A DNA stretch of 64,000 nt from a virus. Position 1 is the stretch's first letter; each line of letters begins with the position of its first letter. The stretch spans positions 1 through 64,000 of IMG/VR virus record IMGVR_UViG_3300025012_000055, one strand, 5' to 3'. Both the position numbers and the translations under genes were made by a program. The notes under the pieces were generated by a model. That model was given only the letters and a program-made list of their open reading frames with translations. It did no database searches and was not told the origin of the DNA. Shown here one piece after another: positions 30,384 through 40,970 of this stretch.

Positions 30384-30737
30384 ATGACAACATTATTAAT
30401 CGTTTTGTTAATATTAACAATAAGTAATATTATTTGGCTTATTTTAGATTTAACATTAAATGATGGCAAATTGTGCCAAATTCCAAGTGTTATTTTAATG
30501 TTCATAGTGATTATTGGTTGGGGGTTAGGCGCCCTTTTACCCATAAAAACAGAGGAAGTTAAAATAACTACTCCCATTGAAATAATAAAATCTTCAACAA
30601 AAGTATATGTTGAAGTTGATAATAAATCGTGGGAATATAATACTATAAATGATAGTACAGTATTTTATTATTTAATAGATTATAATATGTATGGTGGAGA
30701 ACTGTATAGAGAATTAAAATATAGAATTAAAAGATGA
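30384..30737 (+). CDS. membrane protein
   Basis: Two N-terminal TMs. Confidence 0.7.
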   Translation: MTTLLIVLLILTISNIIWLILDLTLNDGKLCQIPSVILMFIVIIGWGLGALLPIKTEEVKITTPIEIIKSSTKVYVEVDNKSWEYNTINDSTVFYYLIDYNMYGGELYRELKYRIKR

Positions 30738-30783
30738 GATATTAAGAGAAGGTTGGGGTAAATTTACAAGATTTCATTGTAAA

Positions 30784-31020
30784 GTGGGGTATGTTGATAG
30801 ATGGATAGGAGATTGCATTAATCATCCAAATAATGAAACAAAACATCAATGGCAATTAAATTCTTTTGATACATATTATCGGTTAAATGGTGGTGAGTGG
30901 GTTAATGATAGGGAAATTGGAAGAGATATTTATATTAATTTACAACAATTTAGGGAAGAATTTTCAGCTGATGAAATTTGGGATATAACATTAAAAGAAA
31001 CATTAAAAAATGATAAATAA
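30784..31020 (+). CDS. hypothetical protein
   Basis: ORF; start uncertain. Confidence 0.5.
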   Translation: MGYVDRWIGDCINHPNNETKHQWQLNSFDTYYRLNGGEWVNDREIGRDIYINLQQFREEFSADEIWDITLKETLKNDK

Positions 31021-31038
31021 TTTAAACCTTATAAAATT

Positions 31039-31632
31039 ATGGAAAAATCACATGAAATAATATATATTGATGATTATGCAATAATTGTCAGTGATGACGA
31101 TATTGAAATTGGAGATAGGAGATTGGATTTATTTAACATGACAATAGGTTTTTGCATTAATGAAAAAGACAAAACTTTTCTAAATAAACGCCTTAAAGGT
31201 GTTGTTGTATTTAAGAAAATTATTGCATCAACTAAATTAACTTGGATACCTGAAACTCCATTGTTTAGTTTACCTAATGAAATTAATAAATTAATCAGAG
31301 AATATTTTAATGGAAGCAATTCAATCAATTTAGATATTTATGAAAATAAAGATTTTGCTGAATTTATTTACAAAGCAGTACAAAAAAAGTATTCAGAAGA
31401 AGATTTGAGAGATGCCATTATGTATGGTTATCAAACTTGCATGAGAGGAGGAAATATTGATAAAGATAAATATGTTGAATCTCTCAATAAATCTAAAAAA
31501 CCTATAAGTTGTATAGTTGAATATGAAACTATTTGGGCAAGAAATACAGATAGGAATGTACCCACAGAAGCAGATTTTGATTATAAACCAAAAATAGAAA
31601 ATGGTAAACTTGTAATAACGAAATTTAATTGA
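31039..31632 (+). CDS. hypothetical phage protein
   Basis: KKIIAST and KKYSEEDLR motifs. Confidence 0.7.
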   Translation: MEKSHEIIYIDDYAIIVSDDDIEIGDRRLDLFNMTIGFCINEKDKTFLNKRLKGVVVFKKIIASTKLTWIPETPLFSLPNEINKLIREYFNGSNSINLDIYENKDFAEFIYKAVQKKYSEEDLRDAIMYGYQTCMRGGNIDKDKYVESLNKSKKPISCIVEYETIWARNTDRNVPTEADFDYKPKIENGKLVITKFN

Positions 31633-31823
31633 AAAAAATGATAAACTTTAAACAAAAATTTTCAACAGGAGATAATATAAAAGTATTATCTGGTATTGAA
31701 CCTCTTTTCACTAAAATAACTAGAGTTAAATGGAATGATAAAAATAAAACATATTTCTATTATTTTTTAGATGAAGAAGGTAAAGAATGGCATGAAGATG
31801 AAAGTACAATAGAACTTGTTTAA
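31629..31823 (+). CDS. small SH3-like hypothetical protein
   Basis: KFSTGDNIKV. Confidence 0.6.
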   Translation: MKKMINFKQKFSTGDNIKVLSGIEPLFTKITRVKWNDKNKTYFYYFLDEEGKEWHEDESTIELV

Positions 31824-31876
31824 TTAAATATAAAAATGTTTATTAACCTGGCAAAACTGTAATTAAAACTTAAAAA

Positions 31877-32160
31877 ATGAAAAATGATTTAATAGTGTCA
31901 TCACATAAATTGTGTTTAAAGTTGAGAACTAAATTTAACGAAAATACTACTTTTTGGCATAGGAATGAAAACTCTATAGAAATTTATGTAGATACTTTTT
32001 TTTATGGAATAAATTATTAGATTCTGGAAAATATACAGAAAATGAATTGATTAGTTATTTTATTGAAATGTTAAAGAAAAAATATTTTGAATATATAAAA
32101 GGTAAATCAATTACATTTAAAAGAAACAATACAACCTTTTCTAAGCATTCTTTTTTTTAA
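31877..32160 (+). pseudogene. frameshifted small gene (T8 run near 31996-32003), related to 40971 and 47597
   Basis: The -1 frame LWNKLLDSGKYTENELISYF resembles WEKLLNSKKYIKEQLENYL and WNDLLKKYRHEQLIDYF. Confidence 0.55.
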
Positions 32161-32165
32161 AAAAA

Positions 32166-32867
32166 ATGAAGCCAGGCGAATACGAAAAATTAATTATTAA
32201 TTGTGGTGAAACAGCATTTTCAATTATTTCATTTATTAAAAATACAAGAAATAAATATAATATCCCTTTCAAAGATAAACTCATATTACATATTGATATG
32301 TTGTCAAAGGAGTTAGAAATGAGGGACATACAAGTATGCAGATGGGAAGGAAATATATCAAAATCTAATATGGGTAATCTATCAAAAATTGAATATGATT
32401 TATATGAATTATTTAAAAATGATATTTTTTTTGATTATATAAATATAGATGGTTATAATGTTTATTTAGAACTCCCCACAATAGAAAAAAAATTACAATT
32501 AAATCTATACATTAATGAAATAAAAAGATTGGAAGGTCAAAAAATAAAATATCAAAATAAATTATCCAATAAGAATTTTGTATTAAAAGCACAAACCCAC
32601 ATAGTGGAAGCAGAACAAAAAAAATTAACTGATACTGAGAATAAAATACAAAGTTTAAAATCCATTATTTTAATGTTTAATTGTGGAAAAGAACATTATG
32701 ACTTGTTAGTAGAATTAGGTAATCATGAACAAATTAGTTGGGAGATACAATATGGGCGAGAATTACAATCAAAAATTGAAAAATATGAACCAGAATGGTT
32801 TGATGAAATTTATAATGAGCAAATAAATGAAGATGAAATTAAATTACTGCATCGTAAATTTTTTTAA
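32166..32867 (+). CDS. protein with valyl-tRNA synthetase C-terminal coiled-coil domain
   Basis: KLSNKNFVLKAQTHIVEAEQKKL matches the ValRS tRNA-binding arm; no catalytic domain. Confidence 0.7.
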   Translation: MKPGEYEKLIINCGETAFSIISFIKNTRNKYNIPFKDKLILHIDMLSKELEMRDIQVCRWEGNISKSNMGNLSKIEYDLYELFKNDIFFDYINIDGYNVYLELPTIEKKLQLNLYINEIKRLEGQKIKYQNKLSNKNFVLKAQTHIVEAEQKKLTDTENKIQSLKSIILMFNCGKEHYDLLVELGNHEQISWEIQYGRELQSKIEKYEPEWFDEIYNEQINEDEIKLLHRKFF

Positions 32868-32880
32868 ATAATAACATATT

Positions 32881-33204
32881 ATGAAATTAATTATACTTTT
32901 CTTTATTATATTATTAATTAGTTTTAATAATATAAAAACTGATGTTGATGACATTTATGAAATTAACGGAACGGTTATTGAAACATCATATAATCTCCCC
33001 GCCATAAACAGGGAAAGTAGATATATTTTATTAATATTATATAATGATATGAAAATTATAATAGATGTAAAAGATGGGAATAACATTAAAAAAGAACATA
33101 TGATGATACTAATAGATAAAAAAACAAAAATTAAAGTTTTGGCCAAAATGATCAATTTTAGGACTTATACGTGTTATGCTGATAAAATTAAAATAATTGA
33201 ATAA
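32881..33204 (+). CDS. secreted hypothetical protein
   Basis: Signal peptide. Confidence 0.6.
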   Translation: MKLIILFFIILLISFNNIKTDVDDIYEINGTVIETSYNLPAINRESRYILLILYNDMKIIIDVKDGNNIKKEHMMILIDKKTKIKVLAKMINFRTYTCYADKIKIIE

Positions 33205-33234
33205 AATTATTAAAAATATTTTTTTAAGCATAAA

Positions 33235-33261
33235 AAAAAGGAAGACAAAATCTTCCTTTTT
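33235..33261. terminator. bidirectional intrinsic terminator
   Basis: AAAAAGGAAGA-CAAAA-TCTTCCTTTTT between convergent genes. Confidence 0.75.
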
Positions 33262-33281
33262 AGTATAAAATTTAATAATTA

Positions 33282-36194
33282 TTAGATATTTTCAAAAGCA
33301 GCACCGCTAGCCATAACGTTAAAGTCTAAAATTATAAATTCCGCAGATTTTACTGGTTTTAACCATATAGAACCCCTCAGTTCATTTCTATCAATACTTT
33401 CTGAAGTATTATTTGTATCGTCCATTACAACCTTAAATTCTACAAGTCCTCTTTGTTGTTTAATTCCATCAAGTATCGGATTAACTAAACTTAAAAATTG
33501 ATCTCTTAATTCCTGGTCATTTTGTTCAAATACCAATCTAATTGCTATTGCAGATATTAATTTACGAGTTTGTAACAACAATCTTCTAACATTGACTCTA
33601 TCAAGAGCACTTTCTTTAACTTGTAAAGTTTTCTGTCCCCAGATTGTTACACCAACATCACTAAAAGTTGCAATTGGGTTAATTCTTCCTTTATATAAAG
33701 TATCTCTATCTTCTTGAGTTAATTTTCTTTTTGCTCTTTTTGCTTTAGTTAAACCTCTTGTCATACCTGCTGGTGCGAACCAAGGAAATGCAATATTGTC
33801 GGTTAAAGCAATATTTCTAACAACCTCACCTGTTGGTGGCAAATAAATATTAACACCATTTTCATTATCTCTCATTTGAATCCAAGGATAATAAGTTGCC
33901 GAATATGAACTATCAATATCAGCAGCATCTAATAAATCAACAGTATCGTCTGCTAATGTTGAACTATCATCAGCATCAGGTGTAGTTACAATATATAAAC
34001 TATCTGCTCTATCATCTTCAATCATATCAATCGCTTCATTGACAAGAGCCAAATGATCACTGAAATTAATTCCAGGAGTGGCAAATAAGTTAATATTAAC
34101 ACTTTCAGGATTTTTAAAGGTATTAATACCTGTTAAATAAGCATAATAATCACTTTCTGCTATTTCTTCATTTGTAGTATTAGTAAATAATCCATTAGTT
34201 ATTTCATTATTATATCCAGTTTGTCCTATTCTATAGGTATCTTTATTTGTTCTGGAAGTACGGAAAACATCCCAACCATCAAATCCACCAGCAGGAACTA
34301 ATGTAAATTTCCTACTTTGACGTTTTTCATAATAAGTGTCAGCACCAACATCTGAAGTGGTTCTTATTTTGGCTGCTCCCTGATCAAATGTATGAGTATT
34401 TGCAGTTATACCACTTGCACCTTCATCTAAGTGAAATCCTTTTGTTAATCCAGTCCAAGTTCCTTCACCCTGATAAATAAAATGTGATTTATCAATTCCC
34501 TTACCTTTTTTACTTGATTTTATAGTTTTATTATATGCAGTTTCAGAAATTCCAAGATAAGTTTTACTTAATTTTCTTGTAGAACTTTTTTCATCAGATG
34601 TATATGTTTGTTTATAAAGAATCGGGGGTTTTGTTTGACCGGAATAATTATGTTGTACATATCCCTCAAATCCTGCAGGAAACGCATCGTTAGGATGTTT
34701 TTCATCAAGTTCCAGCATAATATAATTAGATCTTAAAGTATAATCTAAATCATCAGTTCCTATTCTTTTAGCAACATAATTATTAAGAGTTGGTTCCATT
34801 ATACATCTTGTAAATCTTTCAAGAATAACAGGGTTATCGTCAGTATCAGTAAAGTCCCTGACAATTACATCAAATTCTTTTGTTTCAAGATTAATATTTT
34901 GGATTGAAATTTTAATTTCTTCATTAGCAAAATCACCATCTGAAATAGATATAATCTTAAATAATCTATTTACAGTATTTCCCCTCACTTCTGAAACAAC
35001 CCAAGGAGTTTCAGGCGTGTTCCATTTTCTCTTATAATCTGTAAGATCAAAAGATTGCAATAAAGTAGATCTAAGACCATATAATCTATTATCATCATCT
35101 AATTTCTTAATCAATTCAGGATAATGCTCTTCAACATATATTTTTGTTGATTTATCTGTAGGTTCTTTACCTAATACTTTTGTAATATAATTTTCATTTG
35201 TATCAAGCAATGAAACTTTATAAGTTTCACTTGTTCTTGTATCTGTACCTGCAGATATCGTAAATTCACCAAAAGGATCAGCGTTATCTGAATCGGTACT
35301 GTAAATATTTGAAGAATCAGAAAATGTTACGCCAGTTACGTTTTTTGTGAGAGTGTCGCCATTATAAGAACCTCTTGATCTTATTGTTGCAACAACAATA
35401 TCTTCATATGCTGATTGTGAAGAACCAGAATAAGTTATTACAGTTCCGCTTGCAGTTCCGCTTAACACACTATTATTACTTGTTACAGTAGAAGAAGTAA
35501 CAGTTATAGTAAATGCAATACCACTAAAACTATTTGTACCATTTCCCTCTGATTTATCCCATGTATTATAATAATTAGTAGTTGTATTGGCACTAAAAGA
35601 TTGTGTCGTACCAGAATTGGATGCGGTTATTTGTGTTAAAAATTGATTTGCTTTTGTTTCAATATCTTTTGATATATTTATAGTATCAAGTGTAAGACCT
35701 TCTGCTGTAATTCCTGAAAATCTCCAAGTTGCGCCAGAAAAATATGCCATATCAACAGTAGTATTAGATGGGAACGCAATATCTTTTCCTGTTGTCCCTC
35801 CACTATGTGCAAACACTGTACTATTTGAAGTTTGTCCAGTTTTAGTTTTATCAACATTTGCTTCTGTACTTATAATCCAAGATCTACCAGCATCATATCC
35901 TGATAAACCAAGAATCCTTGTTACAAACAATTGATTTGATTCTGTTAAATATTGTCTTGCAATATATGACAATTCATATTTTGGAGCTCCGCCAAATTGT
36001 TTTTGATCTAAATTTCCAAATTTCTTTTTGAAATCATCCCAATTGCTTACTGCAACTGCTTCCATTGCTGGTCCTTTTTTTGTTTCACCCGCAAGCCCAA
36101 GTGTAGTGACTGCCACAGTTGACGTTACAAATGATAAATCATTTTCTCTTACAAAAATTCCCGGACTCACGAAGGTTGTTTTTTCTTTTGCCAT
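33282..36194 (-). CDS. tail sheath protein (T4 gp18-like)
   Basis: FVSPGIFVRE start; PWFAPAG, INPI, WGQKTL, RVNVRRLL C-terminal motifs. Confidence 0.96.
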   Translation of the reverse strand: MAKEKTTFVSPGIFVRENDLSFVTSTVAVTTLGLAGETKKGPAMEAVAVSNWDDFKKKFGNLDQKQFGGAPKYELSYIARQYLTESNQLFVTRILGLSGYDAGRSWIISTEANVDKTKTGQTSNSTVFAHSGGTTGKDIAFPSNTTVDMAYFSGATWRFSGITAEGLTLDTINISKDIETKANQFLTQITASNSGTTQSFSANTTTNYYNTWDKSEGNGTNSFSGIAFTITVTSSTVTSNNSVLSGTASGTVITYSGSSQSAYEDIVVATIRSRGSYNGDTLTKNVTGVTFSDSSNIYSTDSDNADPFGEFTISAGTDTRTSETYKVSLLDTNENYITKVLGKEPTDKSTKIYVEEHYPELIKKLDDDNRLYGLRSTLLQSFDLTDYKRKWNTPETPWVVSEVRGNTVNRLFKIISISDGDFANEEIKISIQNINLETKEFDVIVRDFTDTDDNPVILERFTRCIMEPTLNNYVAKRIGTDDLDYTLRSNYIMLELDEKHPNDAFPAGFEGYVQHNYSGQTKPPILYKQTYTSDEKSSTRKLSKTYLGISETAYNKTIKSSKKGKGIDKSHFIYQGEGTWTGLTKGFHLDEGASGITANTHTFDQGAAKIRTTSDVGADTYYEKRQSRKFTLVPAGGFDGWDVFRTSRTNKDTYRIGQTGYNNEITNGLFTNTTNEEIAESDYYAYLTGINTFKNPESVNINLFATPGINFSDHLALVNEAIDMIEDDRADSLYIVTTPDADDSSTLADDTVDLLDAADIDSSYSATYYPWIQMRDNENGVNIYLPPTGEVVRNIALTDNIAFPWFAPAGMTRGLTKAKRAKRKLTQEDRDTLYKGRINPIATFSDVGVTIWGQKTLQVKESALDRVNVRRLLLQTRKLISAIAIRLVFEQNDQELRDQFLSLVNPILDGIKQQRGLVEFKVVMDDTNNTSESIDRNELRGSIWLKPVKSAEFIILDFNVMASGAAFENI

Positions 36195-36343
36195 AATTTA
36201 AATAATTTTATTTTTTATTTTATATTAATAAATATATGAAACATTACTAAAAGTCATAATTTCTAATATTTTATTAAAATTATCTTTTTCTGGTATTTTT
36301 GGATAATTTTTTAATTTCTTGTTCAAATAATAATTCTTTTTTA

Positions 36344-36375
36344 TTTGGATATGTCAATTATTTTACTTACCTTTG
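36344..36375 (+). promoter_or_regulatory. sigma-A early promoter of the argS-tyrS pair
   Basis: TTTG-N20-TACCTTTG. Confidence 0.8.
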
Positions 36376-36396
36376 TATTAATTAAATTAAAATACT

Positions 36397-37575
36397 ATGA
36401 AAATAGATATAAATAAAATAAAAACAACACCACCCAATTTTGGATTTAATTTTTCTATTTTTGGAAAACCATCTGATGAAATTAAAGAATGGTGTAAATA
36501 TTGGAAGTTGGGTATGGCAGATTCTGGTCCTTATACAAATATTATTATCAATGATAATTTTGATATATCACAAGCCTTTAATAGTCATAAAATATATGAT
36601 TATATTGATGGATTTAGTCCAAATTTAAATAAACACTTACATGTTGGTCACTTATCCAATTTAGTTATTGCTAATGCTTTTCAGAAATTGGGAATTGGTA
36701 ATAAATTTATTGCTATTCTTGGTGATACATTAGATGGTCAAATTAAAAAAAAGGATGCCTTAAATTCGTTTTTAAATAATTGTAAGGATTTTGGATACAA
36801 AGTGGATGATATTTATTATGCTTCAAAAATGGAATTAGAGGATAACTCACTATTAATAGACGGTGATAATGATTATATTGGATCTAAGGTTTTCGATTTA
36901 GGTGATGAGAAGCTAGTTGGAATTAAAAATTCTGGATTCACTACATATTTCTATCAAGATGTTGCCTTGGCTAGTAAATTAAATTCATCAACTTTATATC
37001 TAACTGGATTTGAACAGGATAACCATTTTAAGAGTTTAAAAAAACTATATCCAAAAACAAGTCATATGGGTTTAGGGTTAGTTCTATTAGATGGTAAAAA
37101 AATGTCCAATAGCAAGGGTAATATCATCTACCTTAAAGATTTTATTGACAATTTAATGAATCTATTCAATAATGATATTAAGCTCGTATATAACATAATT
37201 GCTGGTCAAATTTTAAAATCGGCCCCCCCCACAAATAAATCAATAGATACAAAACTAATTGATAATCCTAAATTATCTCTTGGACTTTATTTAAGCTACA
37301 CGCTGGCACATATAAAGAGTTGTGGGGTATCTACTCAAAATAATGACTCATTCTACTCAAAAGAGTTAGAATTTTATGAGTTAAAATCCAAATGTAACCT
37401 ATCTCCAAATTTATTATTTAAGTCATTATCCAATCATTGTAAGTATATTAATAAATTATATGAAAGTAATTATATAAGGGGTAATGATAAAAATATTAAA
37501 ATATTTTCTGACCTAATATCAGATTTAGAATTGGGAATGAGTAAACTTGGATTATTTTCAATAGATAAAGTTTAA
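36397..37575 (+). CDS. argS: compact arginyl-tRNA synthetase
   Basis: SPNLNKHLHVGH, EQDNHF, KKMSNSKGN, YLSYTLAHIKS anticodon-domain helix. Confidence 0.85.
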   Translation: MKIDINKIKTTPPNFGFNFSIFGKPSDEIKEWCKYWKLGMADSGPYTNIIINDNFDISQAFNSHKIYDYIDGFSPNLNKHLHVGHLSNLVIANAFQKLGIGNKFIAILGDTLDGQIKKKDALNSFLNNCKDFGYKVDDIYYASKMELEDNSLLIDGDNDYIGSKVFDLGDEKLVGIKNSGFTTYFYQDVALASKLNSSTLYLTGFEQDNHFKSLKKLYPKTSHMGLGLVLLDGKKMSNSKGNIIYLKDFIDNLMNLFNNDIKLVYNIIAGQILKSAPPTNKSIDTKLIDNPKLSLGLYLSYTLAHIKSCGVSTQNNDSFYSKELEFYELKSKCNLSPNLLFKSLSNHCKYINKLYESNYIRGNDKNIKIFSDLISDLELGMSKLGLFSIDKV

Positions 37576-37599
37576 TATATAATCATAATTATAATAATT

Positions 37600-38667
37600 A
37601 TGGATATTTTTCCACAAAATAGTAACTTGGAAAATTTAACCAGAGTTAAATTTGGCATTGATCCCACATTCTCCAAACTTCATTTGGGACATTTTGTTCC
37701 ATTAAGAACTATTAAAAAATTACAAGAACAAGGCAAAGAAATAACAATAGTGCTTGGAACGTTTACTGCTCAAATGGGTGATCCATCAGGTAAAGATAAA
37801 ACCAGACCAATTCTTTCTGAAAAAGAAGTTAAAAATAATAGTGAACAAATATTAGAACAAATTAAATCTGTTCTTGACCCAGGATTTAAAATATTTAAAA
37901 ATGTAGATTTGTTTAATTCCATGACCGTTCCTGAATTATTATTAACATTTTCTAAATTTACTATACAAAATTTATTAAGTAGGGAATCATTCCAAAAAAG
38001 AATAGAAAATAATCAAAGCATTGGACTTCATGAATTAATTGTTCCTATTTTACAAGGAAAGGATTCACTTCATTTAAAAAGTGAAATAGAGGTTGGTGGT
38101 AGTGATCAGTTATTTAATTTTCAAATTACACGTAAATTACAAGAATTAAATAATCAAATTCCTGAAGTATGTATAATGACACCAATTATTAATGGAATCG
38201 ATGGTAAAAAAATGAGTAAAAGTTTAGGAAATTGTATTTTTTTAGATGAACCAACTAAAGATATTTTTGGTAAATGTATGAGTATTTCAGATAAAACTAT
38301 GGAAGAATGGATTCCTTTATTAACAGATCTTGATAATTTACCTAAAAATCCAATGGAACGTAAAAAAACAATGGCTTTTGATATTATTAGACAATTAAGA
38401 GGCAAAGAAGAAGCCATCTGGGCAATTAAAGATTTTGAAAAAACCATTCAAAATAGAAGTTTACCAGAAAATATAAAAAAAATCCCCATTTCTGATTTGA
38501 TTTCTTGTATACAAAAAATAAAAAATTGTAGTAAAAATGAATCGAGAAGATTAATAAAATCTGGTGCTGTTAGTATTATTGATAGTGGTAAAATTGATGA
38601 AACTTTTGAATTGAAAATAGGTCAAATTCTAAAAATTGGGAAAAGAAATTTTGGTAAATTAGCTTAA
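37600..38667 (+). CDS. tyrS: tyrosyl-tRNA synthetase
   Basis: GIDPT..LHLGH, GDPSGK, GGSDQLFN, KMSKS, C-terminal S4 domain. Confidence 0.93.
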   Translation: MDIFPQNSNLENLTRVKFGIDPTFSKLHLGHFVPLRTIKKLQEQGKEITIVLGTFTAQMGDPSGKDKTRPILSEKEVKNNSEQILEQIKSVLDPGFKIFKNVDLFNSMTVPELLLTFSKFTIQNLLSRESFQKRIENNQSIGLHELIVPILQGKDSLHLKSEIEVGGSDQLFNFQITRKLQELNNQIPEVCIMTPIINGIDGKKMSKSLGNCIFLDEPTKDIFGKCMSISDKTMEEWIPLLTDLDNLPKNPMERKKTMAFDIIRQLRGKEEAIWAIKDFEKTIQNRSLPENIKKIPISDLISCIQKIKNCSKNESRRLIKSGAVSIIDSGKIDETFELKIGQILKIGKRNFGKLA

Positions 38668-38691
38668 TTTGCTTAAAGATTTCATTTATTT

Positions 38692-39471
38692 TTATTCTCC
38701 AGATAAAACTGTATTTCCTGATAATGTTATAAAATCACTATCTACCTCTTGAAACATTATAATTTTTTGTACTGCAGGTTTTATTTCAAATTCATCTTCG
38801 TTTTGAATATAGCCCATAAGATTAAAATTATAAACCTGTTTATAAAACCTATCACCACTAAAATCTTCAATTGTTGATTCATCACTTGGGTCATCTTCTA
38901 AAATTATTGGCATATAAAAATTTTTTATTTTTGTATAAGATTGCCTTGAAGAAAAATCAGTTAAAATTAATTCAGCGAATTTATTTATGTCCTGAATATA
39001 TTTTGAAAGAAAAAATAATTGGAAGCGGCAGTCGACCTGAATTGGTTGTGGTATCTTATAAATATCTGCTCCTCGATAAGATGAAAAGGTTGGTACTCTC
39101 ATATAAGTAAACGTTTTACGTCCAGGAATATTATATAGTTTATTTAATGATGTCCCAGGTGCTGGTGGAGATGATCTTCTTATACTAATAAGTGGCATAA
39201 TTGGATTTTTATCTTTATCAAGATATTTCCACGATTTAGAAAATTCGGCCCAGCGTTCAGATGGTAAAAAAACAACTGGAATTTTCTTACCATCTAATGT
39301 AAAATTTAATTCTTCAATAAATTCTTTAAATCCATTTTCCAGATCTTTAATAGAAATACCAGGGGGAAAATAGGATGTTTTAGGATCTACCGAATTAAGT
39401 AATTCGTCTATACGCTCTTGGCCACGTTTAGCTGGCGATATATTAACTTGACGCTTTTTTGGCATACTCAT
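38692..39471 (-). CDS. tail terminator / sheath stabiliser (T4 gp15-like)
   Basis: ERW..PLISIRR..IPQP pattern; upstream of sheath on the same strand. Confidence 0.6.
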   Translation of the reverse strand: MSMPKKRQVNISPAKRGQERIDELLNSVDPKTSYFPPGISIKDLENGFKEFIEELNFTLDGKKIPVVFLPSERWAEFSKSWKYLDKDKNPIMPLISIRRSSPPAPGTSLNKLYNIPGRKTFTYMRVPTFSSYRGADIYKIPQPIQVDCRFQLFFLSKYIQDINKFAELILTDFSSRQSYTKIKNFYMPIILEDDPSDESTIEDFSGDRFYKQVYNFNLMGYIQNEDEFEIKPAVQKIIMFQEVDSDFITLSGNTVLSGE

Positions 39472-39500
39472 AAATAATATCTTTTATTTATTAATAAATA

Positions 39501-39532
39501 CTTGTTTATTTCAATTATTTTACTTACCTTTG
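39501..39532 (+). promoter_or_regulatory. sigma-A early promoter
   Basis: CTTG-N20-TACCTTTG. Confidence 0.75.
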
Positions 39533-39690
39533 TATTCTAAAACTTAAAATAAAATGGAAGATCAATTACTAAAGAAAAATTAATCAAGGATAGTATTGAA
39601 AGAAATTTTTGGGTTATTTATCCTGCATGGAAATTTACTCAAAATAAAGATAAACTATTGAATTTAATTCCTGAATATCCAGAATAAATT

Positions 39691-40062
39691 ATGAAAAAAA
39701 GAAAATATAAAATAGGAGATAAAGTTATTTTAATTGATAATCCTAGAGAGCTTGGTGAATCAAATAAATTTTACAAAGATAAAGTATATAAAATAACAGA
39801 TATTAAAATTGCCTATCAAAATAATACACAAATAATTAATTCTTTAGATAATTTAAACTGTTGTTTAGTAAATACAAGATTTGAATATTATTATGAAAAA
39901 TCATTAGATACCCTATCTACTAAAATATTTATTAGTACATCCTCAGGATATGGGGATTATAATATAATAAAAAAATTTATTGAAAAAGAAGAAACTTTGA
40001 CACATGAAGAGCTCAAACAATGTGCTTTAATTTGGGAAAAATATAATAAAAATGAAAGATAA
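39691..40062 (+). CDS. hypothetical protein; paralog of 44623..45063
   Basis: Shared YKxGDKVI start and KEETLTxEExKQCALIWEKYNKN end. Confidence 0.75.
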   Translation: MKKRKYKIGDKVILIDNPRELGESNKFYKDKVYKITDIKIAYQNNTQIINSLDNLNCCLVNTRFEYYYEKSLDTLSTKIFISTSSGYGDYNIIKKFIEKEETLTHEELKQCALIWEKYNKNER

Positions 40063-40960
40063 TCTAAAAGTAATCATACTAATTGGCATAAGCGGTGCCG
40101 GTAAATCAACATGGGCAAAAGATTTTATTTCCAAAAATCAAAATTATGTCAGAGTTTCCAGAGATGAATTCAGATACATGTTAAAAAACCAACAAATATG
40201 TGAAAACAAAATTGAAAATTTAATAACTGAATTATGTGAAGATGTTATAATAAAAAGTTTAATTAAAAAACAAAATGTTATTATTGATAATACCAATCTT
40301 AAATTAAAATATATCAATAATTTTATTAAACTTGTTCAGGATTATGCAGATATTGAATATATATTATTTGATACATCAGTGGAAAAATGTATAGAAAGAG
40401 ATAAAAATAGAGAAAAACAAGTGGGAGAAAAAATAATTAATAAAATGAACAATGATTTAAAAATTTTAAAAGAAAATTTTAATTTTCAATATGTTAAGAA
40501 AAATAAAACTAGAAAAATTATAAAACCTGATTTTAATTCTGAATTACCTAACGTAATTTGTTTTGATATAGATGGAACCTTAGCATTAATGGGGGATAGA
40601 AGTCCATATGATTGGGATAAAATTAGTATTGATTCTCTTAATGAAATTGTTGCTGAACAAATTGAGTTTCATAGATATATGAAAAGAAAAATAATTATTT
40701 TATCTGGCAGAGATTCTTCTTGTAAAGAATTAACAGAAAAATGGTTAAAAACAAATGGAATTAAATATGATTATATTTTTATGAGAAAAGAAAATGATTT
40801 TAGAAAAGACAGTATTATCAAAAAAGAATTATATGAAGAAAATATAAAAGATAAATTTAATTTATTATGTGTTTATGATGACAGAATTTCTATAATTAAG
40901 ATGTGGGCCGAATTGGGAATATTTTGTTTTAGTGTGAATCAAGATTTAAAATTTTATTAG
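40052..40960 (+). CDS. pseT: polynucleotide 5'-kinase/3'-phosphatase (T4 Pnkp-like)
   Basis: GISGAGKST, SRD; HAD motifs DIDGT, SGR, YDDR. Confidence 0.93.
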   Translation: MKDNLKVIILIGISGAGKSTWAKDFISKNQNYVRVSRDEFRYMLKNQQICENKIENLITELCEDVIIKSLIKKQNVIIDNTNLKLKYINNFIKLVQDYADIEYILFDTSVEKCIERDKNREKQVGEKIINKMNNDLKILKENFNFQYVKKNKTRKIIKPDFNSELPNVICFDIDGTLALMGDRSPYDWDKISIDSLNEIVAEQIEFHRYMKRKIIILSGRDSSCKELTEKWLKTNGIKYDYIFMRKENDFRKDSIIKKELYEENIKDKFNLLCVYDDRISIIKMWAELGIFCFSVNQDLKFY

Positions 40961-40970
40961 AATTTTAATT

